From Rhodoferax sp. (GTDB lineage Bacteria; Pseudomonadota; Gammaproteobacteria; Burkholderiales; Burkholderiaceae_C), in contig JAYSZJ010000036.1 of NCBI GenBank assembly GCA_043738115.1, positions 23,996 through 87,995 of the forward strand: DNA of 64,000 bases. The letters are read 5' to 3'. Below are positions 50,486 to 58,372 of this stretch, in pieces. The notes beneath the pieces were generated by a model. It did not search any database. It was not told the DNA's origin and saw only the letters and a list, made by a program, of their open reading frames with translations. Position numbers and translations under genes: made by a program. Each line of letters starts with the position of its first letter. The stretch's first letter is position 1.

Positions 50486-51247
50486 CTATTTTTTTGTCGC
50501 TACGAGCGTGAACATAGGGATTTGTGCGTTCTGGTGTTCACACTTTTGCGAATGAAATGAAACGCGGGCTTCAGTAAAACCCAAAAGCCCCAAAGCCGCT
50601 ACAAAGAACTGTGGCGAAAACTGCCACCAAGTATCAAACTGCTTTGCCCCGAGGTGCGGCATGAAGCGGCAAATGGGTTCGGGGCCGAGGTCGGCATTGT
50701 GGTTGTCCACCACAATCATGGTTTGCGTCACACGTCGCGACAGGCTTTCGAGCAGCGAGAAGGGTGAACGGGTGTGGAGTAACACACATGCCAGAACCCC
50801 GATGTCGTGGTTACCGATTTCGCTAGGGATATTGCACGGATCGGCTTCAAATAATTTCGCTTGCGAGCGATGAAGCGTATGGCAAAACCAGAATGAATTT
50901 CTGATCCGCTCAATGTGTTTGCCAAACTCAACACGCACCGCATCTGCATCGACGCCATGGAATGGAACCGTATCCCAAAGATGGGACATCGACGGTTCCA
51001 GGCAACTGACCGTTGCGCCAGCACGTTCCATATGGAACGACAAAAAACCGCTTGCGGGGCCTATCTCGAGCACGCTGCGGCCTTTGAAATCCACATTTCC
51101 CAAATACGTTTCAGGTGACGGACGCAAATCCCACTGCCCCGTGATTTCACCGGTCGGCAAGGTCTGAGAGTGGTAGAAGTCGCAATCGTGCAGCTCTGGA
51201 GCGCGCGGTTCCACGCGTCGGTACGTTGACTGGTTTGGTGGTTGCAT
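50486..51247 (-). CDS. Class I SAM-dependent methyltransferase
   Basis: VLEIGPASGFLSF motif I, VLLHTRSPF. Confidence 0.82.
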   Translation of the reverse strand: MQPPNQSTYRRVEPRAPELHDCDFYHSQTLPTGEITGQWDLRPSPETYLGNVDFKGRSVLEIGPASGFLSFHMERAGATVSCLEPSMSHLWDTVPFHGVDADAVRVEFGKHIERIRNSFWFCHTLHRSQAKLFEADPCNIPSEIGNHDIGVLACVLLHTRSPFSLLESLSRRVTQTMIVVDNHNADLGPEPICRFMPHLGAKQFDTWWQFSPQFFVAALGLLGFTEARVSFHSQKCEHQNAQIPMFTLVATKK

Positions 51248-51268
51248 GGTGTCTAAGAAGTATGCCGT

Positions 51269-52201
51269 TCAAACCGGCGAGACCGGAGACTCACCCGCAA
51301 GGTGGCGCCGCGCATTCTCTACGAAGCGATCCACCGAGGCCTGCACGGCCTCCGGCGACCAACCCGCCACATGCGGCGTGAGCACCACGGTGTCGAGGTC
51401 CAGCAGCTCGGCGGGCGGCGCGGGCTCACTCTCGTACACGTCCAGGCCTGCACCTGCCAGACGCCCCTCACGCAGCGCCTGCGCCAGAGCCGCGGTGTCG
51501 ATCACGCTGCCGCGTGCGATGTTGACCACGTAGCCACGCGGCCCCAAAGCATCCAGCACTTGAGCGTTGATGAGGTGCTGCGTGCCCTGGCCGCCGGGCG
51601 TGGCCACCAGCAAAAAATCCGCCCACGCGGCAAGCGACGCCACGTCATCAAAGTAACGGTAGGGCACGTCGGTGCGCGCGCTGCGGTTGTGGTAACCGAC
51701 CTGCAGGTCAAAGCCCAGCGCGCGGCGGGCGATCTTGCTGCCGATGGTGCCCAGGCCAATAATGCCCAGCCGTTTGTGCGAGACGTTGGGCGGCAACGGC
51801 AGGGACGTGCGCCACACACCCGCCCGAGTGGCAGCGTCGAGTTTGGGGATGCCGCGAACCGCGGCGATCAGCAGGCCAACAGCATGGTCCGCCACACAGT
51901 CGTCATTGGTGCCCGCCCCATTGGCCACCAAGATGCCACGTGCCTTGGCATACGCGACGGCGATGTTTTCGTAGCCCGCGCCCAGTGCACACACCAGTGT
52001 GAGTGTCGGCAACCCATCCATCTGCGCAGCCGTCAGGCCAACGGACCCTATGGTGAGCACCACCCGAACACCTGCACCGCGTGTGGCTATTGCCCCCGCG
52101 TGTCCCTGGGCATCTGGCGCATAGACCAGTTCGAAAGTCTCGGACAGTTGGGCGCGGTGTGCTTGTGAGAGAAATGAGAGGGCGAGCAGGACTGGTTTCA
52201 T
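51269..52201 (-). CDS. 2-hydroxyacid dehydrogenase
   Basis: GIIGLGTIG, VNIARG, LDVYESEP, TPHVAG. Confidence 0.93.
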   Translation of the reverse strand: MKPVLLALSFLSQAHRAQLSETFELVYAPDAQGHAGAIATRGAGVRVVLTIGSVGLTAAQMDGLPTLTLVCALGAGYENIAVAYAKARGILVANGAGTNDDCVADHAVGLLIAAVRGIPKLDAATRAGVWRTSLPLPPNVSHKRLGIIGLGTIGSKIARRALGFDLQVGYHNRSARTDVPYRYFDDVASLAAWADFLLVATPGGQGTQHLINAQVLDALGPRGYVVNIARGSVIDTAALAQALREGRLAGAGLDVYESEPAPPAELLDLDTVVLTPHVAGWSPEAVQASVDRFVENARRHLAGESPVSPV

Positions 52202-52297
52202 GGCGGACGCAAAGGGTATTCAGCGGAATCGTGGCCAAGTATGGCATTGGATGGGGCTGCAACGGCAATGATTGACGCAAACAAAATGCAGCAACGC

Positions 52298-52390
52298 CGC
52301 GCATACATTCCAGCACGGCGTACACCCAATCGGTGGCCGACATGATGGGCCGGTGCTGCCTTGGAATTGGCGCTGCCACTTCGGTCTGGA
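52298..52390 (-). pseudogene. aceE-like 3' fragment C (telescoped)
   Basis: 52313-52363 matches 55791-55842 at 42/52 positions (PIMSATDWVYAV versus PIIAATDYVCAV); 52370-52390 matches 55986-56012 with a short deletion. Confidence 0.8.
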
Positions 52391-52439
52391 CGCCGCCCCG
52401 ACCTACCTATAATTTTCCCCTTTTTTACTAGGAAAACCC

Positions 52440-53441
52440 ATGCGCCTCAGCCAAGCCGCCGCGTTCGTCGTCACGCTCAGTCTCGCGCCACTGGCCCAGG
52501 CGGCCAAGATGCCGGAGAAAGACTCCGCAAAAGGACAGGAACCGAGTCTGGTGACCCGCTTCCAGGGATCGAAGATGGTCGGCTACGCGGTCAAGGAATT
52601 CGACGAAGTCATGCTGCAGGCGGGCAAACGCACGCGAGACAAGGACGGTAAGGCGGTCGACAACCTGCTTCGTCTGGAAGGGAAATACACGCGCATGGCC
52701 TACAACTACGCGCCAGATCGTTCCTCGCTGGAAGTGATGCGCAATTACCAGGCGGCGCTCGACAAGGCCGGCCTGAAAACCCTGTTCGCCTGTGCGGGCG
52801 TGGAGTGCGGCTACGAGTTCGGCACCTATTTCCTCGATCACCGGCTCGGCAACAACTACATCGTCGGCTCGTCCGATTTCTGGTCCCCGTTCAATTACGG
52901 CCGCCTTGACATGCGCTATCTGCTGTCCAAGGGAACGCTGTCGAATGGCACCGTGGTGCATGCGGCGATCTATGTCGTCGATCCCAAGCAGGACAACAAC
53001 GGCGGCGTGTACGTGGAGGTGGTCGAGGCGAAAGCCATGGAAACGGACAAGGTCGCGGCAACGCTGAATGCGGGCGAGATGGCCAAGGGCATCGCGGCCG
53101 AGGGTAAAGTGGCCATCTACGGCGTCTACTTCGACACAGACAAGGCCGACATCAAACCGGAATCGAAAGCGGCGCTCGGCGAAATGGCCACGCTGCTGCA
53201 GAAAGACGCTGGACTCCAAGTGCACGTGGTCGGCCATACCGACAACCAGGGTTCGATGGCGCGCAATCTGGAGCTGTCTCAAAAGCGCGCCGAGTCCCTC
53301 GTCAAGGCATTGACCAGCGACTACAAGATCGATGGCAAACGCCTCAGCGCCAAAGGGATCGCCTCGTATGCACCGGTGGCAACCAACGACAACGAGGCCG
53401 GGCGCGGCCAGAACCGCCGCGTGGAGCTGGTCAAACAATAA
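52440..53441 (+). CDS. Secreted OmpA-family protein with a DUF4892-like N-terminal domain
   Basis: Signal peptide, SSLEVMRNY, VYFDTDK, VVGHTDN, NRRVELV. Confidence 0.88.
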   Translation: MRLSQAAAFVVTLSLAPLAQAAKMPEKDSAKGQEPSLVTRFQGSKMVGYAVKEFDEVMLQAGKRTRDKDGKAVDNLLRLEGKYTRMAYNYAPDRSSLEVMRNYQAALDKAGLKTLFACAGVECGYEFGTYFLDHRLGNNYIVGSSDFWSPFNYGRLDMRYLLSKGTLSNGTVVHAAIYVVDPKQDNNGGVYVEVVEAKAMETDKVAATLNAGEMAKGIAAEGKVAIYGVYFDTDKADIKPESKAALGEMATLLQKDAGLQVHVVGHTDNQGSMARNLELSQKRAESLVKALTSDYKIDGKRLSAKGIASYAPVATNDNEAGRGQNRRVELVKQ

Positions 53442-53462
53442 CAGCGTGCTGTTGTCCGGCCC

Positions 53463-53495
53463 CGCGTATCACGGAGGCCAAAACCATCTGTGCCC
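53463..53495 (-). pseudogene. aceE-like 3' fragment D
   Basis: 29/33 nt identical to 55709-55741 (GTDGFGLRDTR versus GTDGFGRSDTR). Confidence 0.75.
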
Positions 53496-53517
53496 CATTT
53501 CGGCCACACGGGGTGAC

Positions 53518-54360
53518 CTACACTTTGTTGCAGCGCACTCCACTTTCTGCGCCAAGATGCGTATCCAGGAACCCAATCACCTTTTCGGCATACGGGACCG
53601 GATGCGCTGCAAAGGCATGGGTATGTTCAGCGTCTGGGACTTGCCAGAATTCAGTGTGAGTCTTTTGTTGCAAGGTTCGCCACAACAACTTACCGTCTTC
53701 AACCGGGGTAAATTCGTCGGACTCGCCATAAATCAATAAGAGACTTGGACTGCCCACCAAATGTTCGGCGGCGTAGGTGGGGCGCAAGCTGCGCTCACCA
53801 GCGGGATAGATCAATTTGGAAAGCTGAATACCCCACTTCGGAACTGGATAGCGACGCCAAAAGTGCAACAGGGTCGGAAACGCCGACTCCAGAACGGCCG
53901 CCTTAAAAGGATGATGGGGCTGAGCCATGGCGCACACACTCATGGCCGCACCCATCGAGGCTCCCAGAACCGCTACTGACAAGTCCGGGTATCGCGCTTG
54001 CAAAGCCTGCCCGGCGGCCAGTACGTCCAATGGATAGTCCATTGTGGTCGAGGTGCTTTCACCAAAGCCATTCAAGTCAAACACCATCACGTGGTAGCCA
54101 GCCCGACGCAGCATTTCACTGTGCCCGTATTTCATCCAAAAGCCTTTGGCTACGACCCCCATGGGATGCGACATCAACACCGCTCCTTTGGCCGTCGCAG
54201 TGTGTGCAGGCCCTAGCAGGGCTGCAAGAGTAGCGCCGGATTCGCTTGCAATCTGCAATCGCTGCCAATGCTGCCGATCAGCCTGATCTGGCCAACGCCA
54301 GGGTTTGACAAAGCGACCAAAAAAAGGCTTTTTGAACAGTCGATAGGCGGTGTTTTTCAT
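53518..54360 (-). CDS. Alpha/beta hydrolase
   Basis: FDLNGFGES, GASMG, YGESD, HTHA. Confidence 0.85.
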   Translation of the reverse strand: MKNTAYRLFKKPFFGRFVKPWRWPDQADRQHWQRLQIASESGATLAALLGPAHTATAKGAVLMSHPMGVVAKGFWMKYGHSEMLRRAGYHVMVFDLNGFGESTSTTMDYPLDVLAAGQALQARYPDLSVAVLGASMGAAMSVCAMAQPHHPFKAAVLESAFPTLLHFWRRYPVPKWGIQLSKLIYPAGERSLRPTYAAEHLVGSPSLLLIYGESDEFTPVEDGKLLWRTLQQKTHTEFWQVPDAEHTHAFAAHPVPYAEKVIGFLDTHLGAESGVRCNKV

Positions 54361-54516
54361 TCAGGCAATCCTTGTCAATTTGAACGCTCAACGCCAAGAC
54401 TGACGCGGCGAGACCGTACTGTAGGCATTGACATCAACCACCGCCATAGGCAAAAATGACTAATTACATGCCATTTCTGCCACCCATCCTCGACCCCCAA
54501 GACCCGTATCTAAACC

Positions 54517-55542
54517 ATGCACATCACGGTATTGATGGCCGATCAATGTTCATCGACCAGCGTCGCCGCCACCCTTGAATTTTTTGAAACTGCCAATGTT
54601 CTGCATCGCCATGTCGGCACCAAAAATGTCCGTTCCGATGTGGAACATGCCAACTTGTTCAAAGTTGAAACTGCCTCGGTAGACGGCCGGGGCGTCATGT
54701 GCACCGGCGGACTTCAATTAACGCCGGATAAGGCCTTTGCCGACGTACTCAACCCGCAGCTCATCATTGTTCCGGGGTTCATGTTTAATATTCTGGGCGT
54801 CTTGCCATCGCTGAACAAGATGGTTCAATGGTTGCAACAGCAGCATCAACGGGGCAGTTATATCGCAAGCATGTGTACGGGAGCCTTCGTGACCGCCCAG
54901 GCGGGATTATTGGATGGTCGCTGCGCCACGACACACTGGGCTTTTAGTGAGCAGTTTGCTCAACGCTTCCCTCTGGTGAATTTGCAAACCGAGCGCACAG
55001 TGACCGAAGACGGCCAAATTTTGTGTTCCGGTGGATCCACCAGTGGCACGGATCTATTGCTGCATTTGATTCGAAAATTTGCATCGCCTCAATTGGCTGC
55101 CGAATGTGCAAAGAAATTACTGGTGGACATTTCTGCGCGCAGCCAGACGCCGTATGCCTGCACTACATTCAAGAAAAGTCACACTGACGCTGAGATTTTG
55201 AGAATTCAGATCTGGCTAGAAAATCGTATTGGCAATAACATCTCGATGGAGCAGGTGGCGGCCGATTTTGGTCTAAGCATGCGCAACTTTATCCGCCGAT
55301 TTAAAGCGGCCACCCACCAAACTCCTATCCTGTATCTGCAAAACCTGCGGATTGAAAAGGCCAAACATCTATTGGAGAGCAGCCAACTGGCGTTCGACCA
55401 AATTACCCTAAAGGTGGGTTATGAAGATGGGAATTCGTTTCGGCGCCTGTTCAAACAGAGGGTAGGTTTGGTTCCCAGCACTTACCGCAAGCGGTTTGAG
55501 AATGTTCGCAACGAACAGCCGTTAGGAAGTTCAACCCTCTGA
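54517..55542 (+). CDS. GlxA-type AraC regulator (DJ-1/PfpI plus HTH)
   Basis: SMCTGAF, ATTHW, RNFIRRFK, GYEDGNSFRRLFK. Confidence 0.92.
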   Translation: MHITVLMADQCSSTSVAATLEFFETANVLHRHVGTKNVRSDVEHANLFKVETASVDGRGVMCTGGLQLTPDKAFADVLNPQLIIVPGFMFNILGVLPSLNKMVQWLQQQHQRGSYIASMCTGAFVTAQAGLLDGRCATTHWAFSEQFAQRFPLVNLQTERTVTEDGQILCSGGSTSGTDLLLHLIRKFASPQLAAECAKKLLVDISARSQTPYACTTFKKSHTDAEILRIQIWLENRIGNNISMEQVAADFGLSMRNFIRRFKAATHQTPILYLQNLRIEKAKHLLESSQLAFDQITLKVGYEDGNSFRRLFKQRVGLVPSTYRKRFENVRNEQPLGSSTL

Positions 55543-55629
55543 AGCAATATTGCTCTGCAACGCTTTGGAATTATGAACCTGCAACATGCAACGTGAGGGC
55601 TTTAGCCCGTCGACCTGTGCCCACTCGGT

Positions 55630-58254
55630 TTACGGTTGCTGCAGCATGGTCAACGCCGCCCGCACAATACTCGCAGCATCCACACCAAAGTAACCCCGCA
55701 GCGCAGCACGTGTATCACTGCGGCCAAAACCATCCGTGCCCAGCGTGAGGTAGCTGCGGTCAGCTGGCAAGAAGGCGCGAACAGTTTCCGGCACGGCGCA
55801 GACGTAGTCGGTGGCGGCGATGATGGGGCCGGCGCTGCCTTGCAACTGCTGCTCAATAAACGGCACGGGGGCCGATGCATCTCCGGCCAATTGGCGTTGC
55901 AGGCTGTCGCGGCCATCACGGGCCAGCTCGCTCCAGCTGGTGACGCTGTACACGGTCACGTCTACGCCCTGCTCCGCCAACAACTGCGCTGCCTTGACCA
56001 CTTCGGTCAGGATTGCTCCAGAGCCCATCAGCGTAACCTCCTTAAGCGAATTAGGGCCATAGCCCCCGTCGGTGCTGCGTGAATAGCTAACAAATTTATA
56101 GCATCCCCGAACCACCTCAGCCTCTGCCCCTACCGGCAGATCGGGCTGGGCGTAGTTCTCGTTCATCAGCGTGACGTAGTAAAAAACGTCTTTCTGCTCG
56201 ATCAACATTTCACGCATGCCGTGGTCGATGATGACGGCCATTTCACCGGCAAAGGCCGGGTCGTAGGCCTTGCAGTTGGGGATGGTGGCCGCTACCAAAT
56301 GGCTGCTGCCGTCCTGGTGTTGCAGGCCCTCGCCACCCAGAGTCGTGCGGCCCGACGTAGCGCCCAGCAGGAAACCACGCGAGCGCTGGTCTGCGGCGGC
56401 CCAGATCGCATCACCCACGCGTTGGAAGCCGAACATGGAGTAATAGATGTAGAACGGCAGCATGGCCAAGCCGTGCACGCTGTAGCTGGTGGCGGCTGCC
56501 GTCCAGCTGGCGATGGCACCGGCCTCGGAGATGCCCTCTTCCAGGATTTGTCCGTCCATGGCTTCGCGGTAGCTGAGCACCGAGCCTATGTCTTCGGGCT
56601 CGTAACGCTGACCCACGCTTGAGTAAATGCCGACCTGCTTGAACAGATTGGCCATGCCAAAGGTGCGCGCCTCGTCAGCGACGATGGGCACAATGCGTGG
56701 CCCCAGTTCCTTGTCCTTCAGTAGATTGCCCAGCATGCGCACAAAGGCCATGGTCGTGGACATTTCTTTACCGGCCGCCGCCGTGGCAAAGGCGGCGTAG
56801 CTGCTTAGCGCGGGCACAGGCACTACATCGGCCACCGTCTCGCGGCGCGGCAGGTAGCCGCCGAGTTGCGTACGTTTGGTGTGCAGGTAGCGCATCTCTG
56901 CACTGTCGTCTGCGGGTTTGAAGAACTCGAGGTTGGCGGCCTGTGTATCGGTCAGTGGCAGGTTGAAGCGGTTGCGGAATTCGATCAGCGCGGCTTCATC
57001 CAGCTTCTTCTGGCTGTGCGTGGTCATCTTTCCCTGCCCGGCTTGGCCCATGCCATAACCCTTCTTGGTGTGCGCCAGGATGACGGTGGGCTGGCCGCTG
57101 TGCTGGGCGGCTGCGGCGTAGGCGGCGTGGATCTTGACGATGTCGTGGCCGCCGCGTTTGAGGCGGTCGATCTGCTCGTCGGTCATGCCCTGCGCCAGTT
57201 GCTTCAGCGCTTCGTTTTGGCCGAAGAAACTGTCGCGGTTGAAGCGACCATCCTTGGCGGCAAAAGTTTGCATCTGGCCGTCTACCGTGTTGGCAAAGGC
57301 CTGGACCAATGCGCCGGTGGTGTCGCGTGCAAACAGGCCGTCCCAATCGCTGCCCCATACCAGTTTGATGACGTTCCAGCCTGCGCCGCGGAACAATTTT
57401 TCCAGCTCGTCGATGATGCGGCCATTGCCACGCACCGGGCCGTCCAGGCGTTGCAGGTTGCAGTTGACGACCCAAACCAGGTTGTCCAGCTTCTCGCGGG
57501 AGGCCAGTGTCAACGCGCTCATGCTTTCGGGTTCGTCCATCTCGCCGTCACCAAACACACCCCACACTTTTCGCCCGGCGCAATCCAGCAACTGGCGGTG
57601 TGACAGGTAACGCATGAAGCGTGCGTGGTAGATGGAGCTGATAGGCCCAATGCCCATGGAGCCGGTGGGGAACTGCCAGAAGTCCGGCATCAGCCAGGGG
57701 TGGGGGTAGCTGGAGAGGCCGCGTGCGCCCTGGTCTGGCGCGGTGATCTCTTGGCGGTAATGGGCCAGGTCGGCTTCGTTCAAGCGCCCTTCCAGAAAGG
57801 CCCGTGCGTAAACACCCGGGGCGCTGTGCGGCTGGAAGAACACCAGGTCACCACCGCGCGAGCCTTTGAAGAAATGGTTGAAGCCCACCTCAAACAAATC
57901 CGCTGCACTGGCGTAGCTGGCGATGTGACCGCCCAGTTCGCCATAAGCGCCATTGGCACGCGCCACCATGGCCAGCGCGTTCCAGCGCATCAGCGATGCG
58001 AGCTTTTCTTCGATCGCCAGGTCACCCGGAAAGCTGCCCTGCTGGTCGACCGGGATCGTGTTGACATACGGCGTGGCCAGCTCGGGCGACCAACCTACCT
58101 GGGCCGTGTGCGCCAGGCGCACCAGTTGGTCCAGCACAAAACGCGCGCGTTCGGCACCATGGGTGGCAACAACGGACTGGAAGGCTTGTGTCCACTCGGC
58201 TGTTTCAGTGGGATCAGTGTCGACCGGGGGTGCGGGAATGTGGGAGGTATTCAT
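55630..58254 (-). CDS. Homodimeric 2-oxoacid dehydrogenase E1 (AceE/MdeB-like), stand-alone
   Basis: GGHIAS, FQPHSAPG, FPTGSMG, GDGEMDE..S ThDP motif, NCNLQRLDG, GEGLQH, LGTDGFGRSD. Confidence 0.93.
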   Translation of the reverse strand: MNTSHIPAPPVDTDPTETAEWTQAFQSVVATHGAERARFVLDQLVRLAHTAQVGWSPELATPYVNTIPVDQQGSFPGDLAIEEKLASLMRWNALAMVARANGAYGELGGHIASYASAADLFEVGFNHFFKGSRGGDLVFFQPHSAPGVYARAFLEGRLNEADLAHYRQEITAPDQGARGLSSYPHPWLMPDFWQFPTGSMGIGPISSIYHARFMRYLSHRQLLDCAGRKVWGVFGDGEMDEPESMSALTLASREKLDNLVWVVNCNLQRLDGPVRGNGRIIDELEKLFRGAGWNVIKLVWGSDWDGLFARDTTGALVQAFANTVDGQMQTFAAKDGRFNRDSFFGQNEALKQLAQGMTDEQIDRLKRGGHDIVKIHAAYAAAAQHSGQPTVILAHTKKGYGMGQAGQGKMTTHSQKKLDEAALIEFRNRFNLPLTDTQAANLEFFKPADDSAEMRYLHTKRTQLGGYLPRRETVADVVPVPALSSYAAFATAAAGKEMSTTMAFVRMLGNLLKDKELGPRIVPIVADEARTFGMANLFKQVGIYSSVGQRYEPEDIGSVLSYREAMDGQILEEGISEAGAIASWTAAATSYSVHGLAMLPFYIYYSMFGFQRVGDAIWAAADQRSRGFLLGATSGRTTLGGEGLQHQDGSSHLVAATIPNCKAYDPAFAGEMAVIIDHGMREMLIEQKDVFYYVTLMNENYAQPDLPVGAEAEVVRGCYKFVSYSRSTDGGYGPNSLKEVTLMGSGAILTEVVKAAQLLAEQGVDVTVYSVTSWSELARDGRDSLQRQLAGDASAPVPFIEQQLQGSAGPIIAATDYVCAVPETVRAFLPADRSYLTLGTDGFGRSDTRAALRGYFGVDAASIVRAALTMLQQP
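56041..56103 (+). repeat. 63-nt in-frame repeat, copy in the aceE-like gene, read in the reverse orientation (CYKFVSYSRSTDGGYGPNSLK)
   Basis: CTTAAGCGAATTAGGGCCATAGCCCCCGTCGGTGCTGCGTGAATAGCTAACAAATTTATAGCA. Confidence 0.75.
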
Positions 58255-58372
58255 GGGTTCTGACTATACAAACGCAGGCACCGAATGTGCTGCCAAACTT
58301 CGGCTAAAAAGCCAGGCCCGGCAGCACAAAATGCCAAAAAAAGCGAGCAAAAGAGCAGGCATGCGCGCCGAT

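Noticed and set aside
23780-55600. Integron or attC-type cassette array
   Set aside because: No intI gene, and no RYYYAAC...GTTRRRY sites of attC length found after the ORFs; the hairpin after the OmpA gene (about 53440-53456) is too short.
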